Positions 46,701 to 54,650 of a DNA stretch of 55,412 bases are shown here, piece after piece. The position numbers and the translations under genes were made by a program. Under the pieces are notes generated by a model. It was not told the origin of the DNA, did not search any database, and saw nothing but the letters and a program-made list of their open reading frames with translations. Source of the DNA: Vulcanimicrobiota bacterium (GTDB lineage Bacteria; Vulcanimicrobiota; Xenobia; Xenobiales; JADMJV01); the NCBI GenBank assembly GCA_050250895.1, contig JBFWNU010000006.1, positions 1 through 55,412 of the forward strand. The letters run 5' to 3'. The stretch's first letter is position 1, and every line of letters begins with the position of its first letter.

Positions 46701-48178
46701 TTGCGGACCTCGACATGCAGTTGGTCATAGCCCTTCTCGAGTTGGGTGGCCAGCTCAAACGACAGCCGGGCGCCCCGGTGGTGAGACAGGTCGACCCGCC
46801 GGGTCAGCGATTGGTTGGCGTTGTTGGGATAGTTGCCTGCGGCCTCAGCGAACACTCCGGGACTGGTCTCCAGCCAGCTGCCCTCGGCCTGCCAGCCCGA
46901 ACCGAGGTTGGTCTTGACCAGCCCATCGAGAAGTGCCAGGCTCAGACCCGTCTGCTGATAACGGGCCGCGCGCGCCGCCAGCACGGCAGGCTTGTCGGTG
47001 GCCAGTCGGGCGAGCGACTCGACCGTTTTGGCGTCGAGAGGCAGGCGGTCCCGGGTGGCCGTCAGGCAGCCGTCCAGTTGGTCGGGAAAGGCCTTGACCA
47101 GGGCCAGATGACCCTCCAGCTTTTCGTTGGGCAGCTCTTCGAGCTGACGGTGCAGGGCGACCACTTGCTCGGGCGAGACCGGGGCCGCCAGGCTAAAGTT
47201 GACCAACGACCTGTCCAGATCAGGGCTGGCAGCTACCTGGCCCACCAGCTCAGCCGGGTTCTCGCAGCCTCGTTGCCGGAGTCCGATGGTGGCCTTGAGC
47301 TGTCGCTCGAGGTCGCCGCCAAGGTCGAGCGCATTCCAGTCCTGGTTGGCCGTCTGCGGCGTGGCCTCGGCGAGCTGGTCGAAGCGGCGGGCCCGCTCGA
47401 GCAACTGGCTGGCATTGGCGTCAAAGGCCTGGGCTGGCTCATAGTTCCCGAGCGCGGCCTGGCGATAGTAGACGGGCACGGCCTGGCCCTGACCGGCCTG
47501 GCTGTACGCCTCGAGCAAGGCCTGAGGCTCAATCTTTTCCTGCCGGAGTTTGAGCAGTTCGGCGGCCTGGTCGGGGTGGGCGAGTTGGCTGGTGACCCCT
47601 TCGATACTGGCCAGAAAGGCGGCCTGATCGGGCGTGCTCAGACGGCCCAGGTCGGTCTCGACCGCTTGACCTTGTTGCAACTGGCGGTAGGCTGCCAGGG
47701 CCCCACCTTCTCCCAGGTGAATCTCGCCCGCTTTCAAATAGCTGCCCAGCGGGTCGGGCTGAAATTCCAGCGCGTGCAGAACAGTCAGGCCAGTCACACC
47801 CTCGAGGGGTAGCCAGGCGTGCTTGCCCACTTTGACCTGCAGGCTGGGTTCGTTCTTGACGGCCAGCCGGGCCGCTTTGGCCGGGTCGGCCGGCTTCCAA
47901 TCCTTGCGCCAGAAATCCCAGCCTCGGCCCTGATAGCGAAAGCTGACTTTATCGGCCAGCGCCTGGGTCTGTCGGGTGGCCTCGAGCACCGCCGGTCCTG
48001 GTCCGAAAAGCCCGCCAAAGAAGGCTCCAACCGCGCCCCACCACGAGGTTTTCGGGCTCGGGCTCGGCCTCTGGTCCGAGACCTCGACCTGGTCGTTTCT
48101 CTCCGGCGCCGGCGCAGCCACGCGCGGCACCGCCGGGGGGCGCCGGGCAAACGAGTGGCTGATCGGACCGATCTGCAT
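43778..48178 (-). CDS. 1466-aa protein with four repeated beta-sandwich domains (MAM / immune inhibitor A-like)
   Basis: Four copies of Y..N...SL...LE.(G/N)YD....W..L..FTG...R...(T)SD.SN..G separated by helical regions. Confidence 0.88.
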   Translation of the reverse strand: MQIGPISHSFARRPPAVPRVAAPAPERNDQVEVSDQRPSPSPKTSWWGAVGAFFGGLFGPGPAVLEATRQTQALADKVSFRYQGRGWDFWRKDWKPADPAKAARLAVKNEPSLQVKVGKHAWLPLEGVTGLTVLHALEFQPDPLGSYLKAGEIHLGEGGALAAYRQLQQGQAVETDLGRLSTPDQAAFLASIEGVTSQLAHPDQAAELLKLRQEKIEPQALLEAYSQAGQGQAVPVYYRQAALGNYEPAQAFDANASQLLERARRFDQLAEATPQTANQDWNALDLGGDLERQLKATIGLRQRGCENPAELVGQVAASPDLDRSLVNFSLAAPVSPEQVVALHRQLEELPNEKLEGHLALVKAFPDQLDGCLTATRDRLPLDAKTVESLARLATDKPAVLAARAARYQQTGLSLALLDGLVKTNLGSGWQAEGSWLETSPGVFAEAAGNYPNNANQSLTRRVDLSHHRGARLSFELATQLEKGYDQLHVEVRKPAGAWQPLEAFTGTTSGKHEYSLSAFDGQAAEVRFRLTSDASNDGPASRLSEVKLLATPAYGGPAEDLFEAENTAGRVLADLLDGDAPSELLKSRLEGLARLDQPQQSALLVGLALEGSDQLEAARQLESALGMRPARALLEKEGAVTDKIALFSAASELSRNGLEHALGLYDQLKSQGVEPQSFGRLVELAVRSPFDCGGVWGQNEPGQWCTNPNGGYGMNRNDSLTLEPIDLTHAAGTRLSFTSRHQLEKGYDKVDLQASSDGHTFTTLASYTGDSGWSDQHYDLTPFEGGRVWIRFHLTSDASNDGEGFFLKDLKLEGRRNYAPEREPEVLFDAGAEGRRLTLEGLHEFAGQTPAQVPALAGLAEAIGSAATALKLWPSLQSQPTQALAPMIGKLGVEPTQRLATRVLEGDVEQNVERAMRSWDLAQELLKGTSQAPRLDDLVELTDNLTRLQLDHEPALTKLAQGLSLWTAEGEWRRRGPVWLDSLPGRDYALNANQSLTTHPLNLAGAAAPVVEFEARHQLEQNYDKVLLEASRGDGQWHELKAFTGPLEAWTAVSVPLQPFAGGPLRLRLREVTDASNAMDGFAMRNFRVRDGEQTLMTDVPEERRIELDTIKALFAGDREQALEGCEAIYELAQALGNVHAAMQVFSVLHPHREHPDFGDFARTVMLTATNFGAARARAVADGLAPGPGVGARLSGRLVAEELKALGVAEPGEMSIEPATAEAILALLKSAPEAGWHSDGWTRTSHGWSESPYGPYQSNQSKSLITPPFGLRGKAATVSLDLDYDLEQGYDKVALAWSSDGQTWNNLQEFTGTSSGPTTLNLPEQVGQVRLRFHFTSDGSNEKDGFWLKALEVKDSDGTVYRDDGGKTAAESVARIAKDPNPDLLKGLKTLSGIPNGDGLVLLGRLYNLNLPDLGKAVTQLAHEYVLSPNVETAWNNFLASRQAGGSLEMDEQTVTINDFQLDIRQ

Positions 48179-48220
48179 ATCCCCAGCCTATCGCCAGACC
48201 CTGAAAAATCGGTGAAGCGC

Positions 48221-48660
48221 GGCGCTCGCTGTGCTCGCGCGACGGGAGCGGCCACGTTGTGGCCGAGAAGGGAGCCGACGCTCGCTGTGCTCGCGAGAAG
48301 GGAGCGGCCACGATGTGGCCGAGAAGGGAGCCGGCCTTTGGCCGGAGAGGGGAGCGGAGCAGAGCTCCGAGGAGGGAGCGAAACTCGCTGTCGCTCGTTT
48401 CGGGTGGTCAGATAGGCGGCCTGCGGCCGCAACCCTTCGATGGCCTTCGGCCAGAGCCGGGCCGAATTTTGCGGCTTGCCGCACCAGTGTTACGACGCGA
48501 AGCGTCGTGTACCTCAAAATCTCGAGGTGAGCCAAAGCGAACCTCGCCCCTTTTCCCGCTAACGAGCGCAAGCGAAGTTAGCGCTCCCATCTCAGCGGCG
48601 CAGCCGCTGCTCCCACCTCCGCGTAGCGGCTCCCTTCTCGCCGGCTACGCCGGCGCCGCT
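48221..48660 (+). repeat. Hairpin-chain element, with its first ~57-bp module duplicated
   Basis: Chain of ~15-bp palindromes joined by GAGAAGGGAG / CTCCCTTCTC linkers. Confidence 0.92.
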
Positions 48661-48709
48661 TGGACATTCGTTCGACGGGAGGGGGTTTGGAGGCGGCGAA
48701 GATGAGTCG

Positions 48710-49069
48710 ATGCATTCTCAACCTTATCAAAAACTGGTCACCTGGCAGCGAGCCATGGACCTTGTGCCTAAAATCTATAAACTAACCAACGACATCCCCC
48801 CACACGAGCAGTTTGGCCTCATCAGCCAGATTCAGCGCGCTAGCGTTTTGATCGCGGCCAACATCGCCGAGGGTCAGACGCGCGAGTCGCCGCGAGCGTT
48901 TGCCTATCATCTCAGCCTCGCCCGCGGTAAGCTGGCGCAGGTCGAGACCCTGCTTCAGATCGCCCTCAAGCTCCACTACATTCGCCCCGCCCAGGTGGAT
49001 GCTTTGAAGGGCAATCTGGCCGACCTGCGCCGCCTGCTCGCTGGGCTGGTTCGAAAGGTCGAGGCGTGA
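48710..49069 (+). CDS. Four-helix-bundle protein (23S rRNA IVP / bAvd-like family)
   Basis: L.TWQRAMDL...IY.LT...P..E.FGL.SQI.RA.V.I.ANIAEG...F...L..ARG...ET.L.IA..L.Y. Confidence 0.95.
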   Translation: MHSQPYQKLVTWQRAMDLVPKIYKLTNDIPPHEQFGLISQIQRASVLIAANIAEGQTRESPRAFAYHLSLARGKLAQVETLLQIALKLHYIRPAQVDALKGNLADLRRLLAGLVRKVEA

Positions 49070-49787
49070 TGCTCGCTGTGCTCGCGAGAAGGGAGCCGAC
49101 GCTCGCTTTGCTCGCGAGAAGAGAGCGGCCACGTTGTGGCCGAGAAAGGAGCCGGCCTTGGGCCGGAGAGGGGAGCGGAGCAGAGCTCCGAGGAGGGAGC
49201 GAAACTCGCTGTCGCTCGTTTCGAGGGATGGATAGGCGGCCTTAGGCCGCAACCCTTGGATGGCCTTCGGCCAGAGCCGGCGCTCGCTATGCTCGCGAGA
49301 AGGGAGCGGCCACGTTGTGGCCGAGAAAGGAGCCGGCCTTGGGCCGGAGAGGGGAGCGGAGCAGAGCTCCGAGGAGGGAGCGAAACTCGCTGTCGCTCGT
49401 TTCGAGGGTAAGATAGGCGGCCTGCGGCCGCAACCCTTGGATGGCCTTCGGCCCGGGGGGTCGGACTTCGCGGCTTGCCGCGCCCGAATTACGACGCGAA
49501 GCGTCGTGTACCTTAAGAACTCGAGGTGAGCCAAAGCGAACCTCGCTCCTTCCTCGCTAACGAGCGCAAGCGAAGTTAGCGCTCCCATCTCAGCGGCGCA
49601 GCCGCTGCTCCCACCTCCGCGTAGCGGCTCCCTTCTCGCCGGCGTAGCCGGCGCCGCTCCCATCTCAGCGGCGCAGCCGCTGCTCCCACCTCCGCGTAGC
49701 GGCTCCCTTCTCGCCGGCGTAGCCGGCGCCGCTCCCTTCTCGCAAGCGAAGCGACGCGCTCCCTTCTCGCCGGCTACGCCGGCGCCG
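49070..49787 (+). repeat. Expanded hairpin-chain element with internal 181-bp and 75-bp tandem duplications
   Basis: Duplicated blocks start at 49100/49281 and 49581/49656; the element fills the whole gap between two convergent stop codons. Confidence 0.92.
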
Positions 49788-50768
49788 CTAGCCGAACAGC
49801 TTGCTGACCGAAAGGTTGAAATAGTTGCGCCGAATGGCTTCGCCTAAAAGGGGAGCGACCGAGAGCACCGTGACTTTGCCGCGTTGGGCCGAGGAGGCCA
49901 CTGGAATGGTGTCGGTGACGATCACTTCTTCCAGGGGCGAGGCCTCGATCAGATCTACGGCGTTGCCGGCGAAGAGAGCGTGGGTGGCGGCCGCGAAGGC
50001 CCGCTTGGCGCCTCGCTCCATGAGCATCTCGACGCCGCGCACCAGGGTGTTGCCGGTCGAGATGATATCGTCGACGATCAACACCGTCTTGCCTTCGATT
50101 TCACCCACCAGGTCGATCACGTCGATGGCGTCGGGGCGGGGGCGGCGTTTGAAGATGATGGCCAGGCCTGCGCCCAGACGCTCGGCGAACATGCGGGCGC
50201 GGTTCACGCCTCCGGCGTCGGGCGAGACCACGACCAGGTCTTCCTTGGGAAAGTTCTTGCGGCGGAAATACTCGACCACGATTGGCATGGCCATCAGGTT
50301 GTCCACCGGAATGTCGAAGAAGCCCTGAATGGCAGCCGCGTGCAGGTCGACCGTGACCACGCGGTCGGCCCCGGCGGTAGTGATCAGGTTGGCTACCAGT
50401 TTGGCCGTGATGGGTTCGCGACCGGCCGTCTTCTTTTCCTGGCGGGCGTAGCCATAGTAGGGGATGACGGCGGTGATGGTCTTGGCCGAAGAGCGGCTCA
50501 GGGCGTCGCACATAATGAGCAATTCCATCAGTGTCTCGTTGACGTTGCCGCAGGTCGGCTGCACCACGAAGACCTCGGCCCCGCGCACGTTCTCTTCGAT
50601 CTGGACCCGGATCTCGCCGTTGGTGAAACGGGACACCAGCGCGTCACCGAGAGAGACCTCCAGATACTCCGAAATCGCCTGGGCCAGCCTGGGGTTGGCG
50701 TTGCCGGTGAAGACAACGATATTCTCACCCTCGAGGGCTGGCTGCTCCCTCTCTTCCAGAACTAACAT
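49788..50768 (-). CDS. prs: Ribose-phosphate pyrophosphokinase
   Basis: FTNGE, PYYGYARQEKK, DLH, VVSPDAGG, IVDDIISTGNT. Start is 50768 or 50777. Confidence 0.97.
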   Translation of the reverse strand: MLVLEEREQPALEGENIVVFTGNANPRLAQAISEYLEVSLGDALVSRFTNGEIRVQIEENVRGAEVFVVQPTCGNVNETLMELLIMCDALSRSSAKTITAVIPYYGYARQEKKTAGREPITAKLVANLITTAGADRVVTVDLHAAAIQGFFDIPVDNLMAMPIVVEYFRRKNFPKEDLVVVSPDAGGVNRARMFAERLGAGLAIIFKRRPRPDAIDVIDLVGEIEGKTVLIVDDIISTGNTLVRGVEMLMERGAKRAFAAATHALFAGNAVDLIEASPLEEVIVTDTIPVASSAQRGKVTVLSVAPLLGEAIRRNYFNLSVSKLFG

Positions 50769-50787
50769 CTCCCGCATCCCCTTCGCT

Positions 50788-51903
50788 TTACAGATTACCC
50801 CGCCGAGCTTGCTCTCGCTCAATCGCTTCGAACAAAGCTTTGAAGTTCCCCTGGCCAAAACCGCGACTTCCGCGTCTTTGGATCACCTCGAAGAAGACGG
50901 TGGGGCGATCCTGGATGGGGCGGGTGAAGATCTGCAACAGATAGCCTTCTTCATCGCGGTCGACCAGAATGCCCAGCCGCTGCAGGTCGGCCAGGTTCTC
51001 TTTGATGGTCCCGATCCGGTCGGGAATGGCCGCATAATAGCTGTCGGGAATGGTCAAGAACTCGAGGCCGTTGTCGCGCAGTTGGGACACGGTGGAGATG
51101 ATATCGCCGGTCAGCAGGGCGATGTGCTGCACCCCAGGGCCTCGATAGAAGTCGAGGTACTCTTCGATCTGGGATTTTTTCTTGCCCTGGGCGGGCTCGT
51201 TGATCGGAAACTTGATCTTGCCGGTGCCGTCCTGCATCACCTTGGACATCAGGGCGCTGTATTCGGTCGAGATATCTTCATCGTCAAAGTGCAGCAGTTG
51301 CGAAAAGCCCATGGTTTCGGCATAGAACCGGACCCACTCGTTCATCCTGCCGAGCTCGACATTGCCGACGATGTGGTCGATGGCCGCCAACCCTACTCCG
51401 TGGCCCTTCTGGTCGCGGGATTCGAAACCAGGTAGGAAGGGTCCGGTGTAGTCGCCCAGGGCCACGAAGGTGTGCACGGTATCGCCGTAGGTAGCGATGG
51501 TCGCCAGTTCCACCGTGCCGTTGTCATCGCTGAGCTTGCGGGGCTCCTCCACCGGCTGGGCGCCGCGCTTGGTGGTCTCGGCGAAGGCTTTGGCTGCATC
51601 GTCGACCTCGAGCGCCATGCAGCGAACGCCGTCGCCGTGACGATGGATGTGGTCGGCCATCGGGTGATCGGGAGTGAGGGGAGTACTGACCACGAAGCGG
51701 ACCTTACCCTGCCCGAGCACATAACTGGCGGCCTCACGATGACCGGTCTCGGGGCCTCGATAGGCCACCAGGTCAAAGCCCATCACTTTATGGTAGAAAT
51801 ACGAGGCCTGTTTGGCGTTGCCAACCCAGAACTCGATGTGATGGACGTTCTTGAGAGGGAGAAAATCCTGGGCGGCCGGTGTCGCCTGTGACTGCGTCTT
51901 CAT
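50788..51903 (-). CDS. hppD: 4-hydroxyphenylpyruvate dioxygenase
   Basis: HHIEFWVGNAKQA, HGDGV, IDHIVGN, GVQHIAL, LLQIFT, FFEVIQR, GFGQGNFKALFEAIE. Confidence 0.97.
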   Translation of the reverse strand: MKTQSQATPAAQDFLPLKNVHHIEFWVGNAKQASYFYHKVMGFDLVAYRGPETGHREAASYVLGQGKVRFVVSTPLTPDHPMADHIHRHGDGVRCMALEVDDAAKAFAETTKRGAQPVEEPRKLSDDNGTVELATIATYGDTVHTFVALGDYTGPFLPGFESRDQKGHGVGLAAIDHIVGNVELGRMNEWVRFYAETMGFSQLLHFDDEDISTEYSALMSKVMQDGTGKIKFPINEPAQGKKKSQIEEYLDFYRGPGVQHIALLTGDIISTVSQLRDNGLEFLTIPDSYYAAIPDRIGTIKENLADLQRLGILVDRDEEGYLLQIFTRPIQDRPTVFFEVIQRRGSRGFGQGNFKALFEAIEREQARRGNL

Positions 51904-52035
51904 GGTCTGTTCCTTCAGGTGGGTTTAAAGGCCGTTTTCGCGCCAATCCACTAGATCCTCCCGCATTTCAGGGAAGGATAGGCGATCCTGTTGCCGAACC
52001 CCTCTGCGCCCCCGCTGTAGACGGGGTGGAACGAT

Positions 52036-53265
52036 ATGGTAAGACTGCGCAATTCGTTAGAAGTCAAAGTCGGGACGGTCTCGATGGGCGGGGCCAACCC
52101 GGTTCGCGTCCAGAGCATGACCAACACCGACACGGCTGACGTCGAAGCGACCGTCAAACAGGTGCTCGAGCTGGCCGAGGCCGGCTCTGAGTTGGTGCGG
52201 TTTACGGTCAAAGACGGCGAAAATGCCGAGGCGGTGCCCGAGATTCAAAAGCGGGTGCGGGCGGCCGGTTGCGACGTGCCCTTGATCGGTGACTTTCACT
52301 ACAACGGTCACAAGTTGCTGGTGCAGTATCCCGAGTGCGCCAGAGCGCTCGACAAATATCGCATCAACCCCGGCAACGTCGGGGTCGGGCAGCAGCATGA
52401 CACCAACTTCAAGACCATGATCGAGGCCGCCGTCGAATATGGCAAGCCGGTTCGCATCGGGGTCAACGGTGGCTCGCTCGACCAGGCTCTGCTCAAAGAA
52501 CTCATCGACGAAGACCTGGCCAACGGCCAGCCCAAGGGCGCCAAGCAGGTCTTTCTCGAGGCCATGGTCGAGAGCGCCCTGCGTTCGGCTCGTATGGCCG
52601 AGGAGTATGGTCTTGCGGCCAATCGTATCATCCTCTCCACCAAGGTCAGTGAGGTCAACGAGGTGGTGCATGTCTACCGGGCTCTGTCCAAGCAAGCACG
52701 CTACGCCCTTCACGTCGGGCTGACCGAGGCGGGCATGGGTCTCAAAGGCACGGTCTCTTCCAGTTTGGCGCTGGGCATTTTGCTGCACGACGGCATCGGA
52801 GATACCATTCGCGTCAGCCTGACTCCCGAGCCTGGAGCTTCGCGGACCCAAGAGGTCGAAATCTGCAAAGAGATCCTACAAAATCTGGGTCTGCGTAGCT
52901 TCAATCCGCGGGTGACCGCCTGTCCCGGTTGCGGGCGAACCACCAGCACCCTATTCCAAGAATTGGCGATCGATGTCGAGAAGCACCTCAAAGTGCGGAT
53001 GGATTTCTGGAAGAACTCCGGCTATGCCGGGGTCGAGTCCATGAAGGTGGCGGTGATGGGCTGCGTGGTCAACGGGCCTGGCGAGGCCAAAGGGGCCCAT
53101 ATCGGCCTCTCTTTGCCGGGCACCGGCGAGACCCCCTCGGCCCCCGTTTATGCCGATGGCGTCAAAGTCGCCACTTTGAAAGGCGACGGCAAAGTTATCG
53201 CGGCCCGCTTTCTCGAGCTGGTCGAAGACTATGTAGAACGGCACTACGCTCCCGCGGGGGCTTAG
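52036..53265 (+). CDS. ispG: (E)-4-hydroxy-3-methylbut-2-enyl-diphosphate synthase
   Basis: [36 protein letters not shown]. Confidence 0.97.
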   Translation: MVRLRNSLEVKVGTVSMGGANPVRVQSMTNTDTADVEATVKQVLELAEAGSELVRFTVKDGENAEAVPEIQKRVRAAGCDVPLIGDFHYNGHKLLVQYPECARALDKYRINPGNVGVGQQHDTNFKTMIEAAVEYGKPVRIGVNGGSLDQALLKELIDEDLANGQPKGAKQVFLEAMVESALRSARMAEEYGLAANRIILSTKVSEVNEVVHVYRALSKQARYALHVGLTEAGMGLKGTVSSSLALGILLHDGIGDTIRVSLTPEPGASRTQEVEICKEILQNLGLRSFNPRVTACPGCGRTTSTLFQELAIDVEKHLKVRMDFWKNSGYAGVESMKVAVMGCVVNGPGEAKGAHIGLSLPGTGETPSAPVYADGVKVATLKGDGKVIAARFLELVEDYVERHYAPAGA

Positions 53266-53281
53266 CAGAAGGGAGTATGCG

Positions 53282-53641
53282 TTGCGAGTAGGTTTTTTGC
53301 TTTCTAAGTCCCCCCACGCCCTGGCGGGGTCACGAACCTTCTACCACCTGGCCCTCGGGGCGCTTGATTTGGGTCACGAGGTGCACGCGTTTTGTCGAGG
53401 TGACGGTATCTATCAGGCCCTCAAAGGTCAACATTTTCCTCAGAACGAGGCCCCTAACGGCTCGCCGGCCAACTGGTGGGCCGCGCTGATGGCTCGCGGG
53501 GTCAGGGTCACCGTCAACGAGTTGTGCGCCGAGGTGCGCGGCCTGGGTGACGCCGAGTTCTTCTTGGATGGAGTGCGTCTTGGCGACGCCAACCATCTCT
53601 CGGAGATGGCGGCCGATTGCGACAAGGTGGTCTGCTTATGA
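53282..53641 (+). CDS. DsrE/TusD-like protein
   Basis: GHEV..F..DGIY, CAEVRGL, D.VV C-terminus. Confidence 0.8.
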   Translation: MRVGFLLSKSPHALAGSRTFYHLALGALDLGHEVHAFCRGDGIYQALKGQHFPQNEAPNGSPANWWAALMARGVRVTVNELCAEVRGLGDAEFFLDGVRLGDANHLSEMAADCDKVVCL

Positions 53642-53964
53642 AGATTCTCATCTCGGTACATAGTCCGGTCAACAGCCTGGGTTTGGGCGAGGTGTTGGGT
53701 CCAGCGCTGGGTCTGGCCACCGGCTACAAGCCCCACGAGGTCACCGTCGTTTTTCAGGGTGATGCGGTGGTCACGGCCCTTCGTTCCGGGGGGAAGCGTT
53801 ATTTGACGGCGGCCCAGGCCCTAGGGGTCACCCTCAAGCTCGATGAAGAAAGCCTCAAAGCGGCTGGCAAGAGTGAAGGCGGGCTAGCCGCCGCGGCCGA
53901 GACCATCAGCCTTGACGACTACCTCAAATGCTGGCAGGAAAGCGACTTGCAACTACGCCTATGA
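53638..53964 (+). CDS. DsrF/TusC-like protein
   Basis: VTVVFQGDAV..AL, DEESL; ATG overlaps the upstream stop. Confidence 0.7.
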   Translation: MKILISVHSPVNSLGLGEVLGPALGLATGYKPHEVTVVFQGDAVVTALRSGGKRYLTAAQALGVTLKLDEESLKAAGKSEGGLAAAAETISLDDYLKCWQESDLQLRL

Positions 53965-54227
53965 ACAAAGACGAACTATTCATCGTAGCCAACCGTCTGG
54001 ACGAGGCTACCCGAAGGGTGTTGGCCAGTCGCGCTGACGCGCCCGTCCTCTTGCTCGGCGAGAGTCTGTTTGGTGATCTGGGGCAGCTCGGTGACCGGCC
54101 GCTCTACTGTGTCGAGGAAGAGGTTCAAGAGTTGGGCCTGGCTTCGGTGCTCGACCAGAAGATCGAGCGATGGCGACCGTCGGAAGTGATGGAGATGGTC
54201 TGCGCCAAGAGGGTCCTGAATCTCTAA
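53961..54227 (+). CDS. DsrH/TusB-like protein
   Basis: VLLLGES, LYCVEEEV..LGL; third small coupled gene of the trio. Confidence 0.6.
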   Translation: MNKDELFIVANRLDEATRRVLASRADAPVLLLGESLFGDLGQLGDRPLYCVEEEVQELGLASVLDQKIERWRPSEVMEMVCAKRVLNL

Positions 54228-54650
54228 ATGCGGCTCTGGCCCATCCTGATCTTGTGCTTGAGCCTGCCGGTGGTGGCCAAGCCCATGCGAGCACCCAGCC
54301 TCGACGAGGGGTTGAGGCGAGCGACCCCCGTGGTGGCTGAGTTCGTCGACTACGAAGGCGATGGTATCGACTATTTCACCGGGGCGGTAGCGCGCTACAA
54401 GGTGTTGCATCGGCCTACCGGGCAAGGCCCGGCGGTGGGCAGCCTGATTCGGGTGCGTTATGCCTTTCAAGACGGCAGTGCCTGCCTTCCCGAGCAGGGC
54501 TGGAAGTTCTCTCCGGGAATGATGCCGGCGGCCAGGAGCCGCTGGATCCTATTGCTCGAAGGCGAACAAGAGCCATGGAACACCTATCGGGGCGATTTCG
54601 GACGCCTGCCGGCCACCCCCGAGAACCTGACCCGTGTCTCTACCCCCTAG
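54228..54650 (+). CDS. Hypothetical exported protein
   Basis: Signal peptide MRLWPILILCLSLPVVA; abuts the upstream stop. Confidence 0.7.
   Translation: MRLWPILILCLSLPVVAKPMRAPSLDEGLRRATPVVAEFVDYEGDGIDYFTGAVARYKVLHRPTGQGPAVGSLIRVRYAFQDGSACLPEQGWKFSPGMMPAARSRWILLLEGEQEPWNTYRGDFGRLPATPENLTRVSTP

Noticed and set aside
48187-48215. Sigma-28 promoter for the 1466-aa gene (GGCGATAG)
   Set aside because: No TAAA-like -35 at the expected spacing; a TAGGCT -10 with a leaderless start fits better.
48710-49069. Diversity-generating retroelement or 23S rRNA intervening sequence
   Set aside because: No reverse transcriptase, no template/variable repeat pair with adenine-specific differences, and no rRNA sequence in the window.
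47794-49663. ORFs across the hairpin element (e.g. 48231..48530, 48259..48705, 48782..49663, 49136..49411; also 43347..43961)
   Set aside because: Stop-poor GC-rich repeat translations without protein-like features.
8861-50858. Longest-ORF starts from the track (8861, 10617, 11032, 13034, 20472, 34027, 34446, 36310, 36663, 39509, 41911, 50858)
   Set aside because: They overlap upstream genes extensively; downstream in-frame starts match domain boundaries, signal peptides or RBSs.
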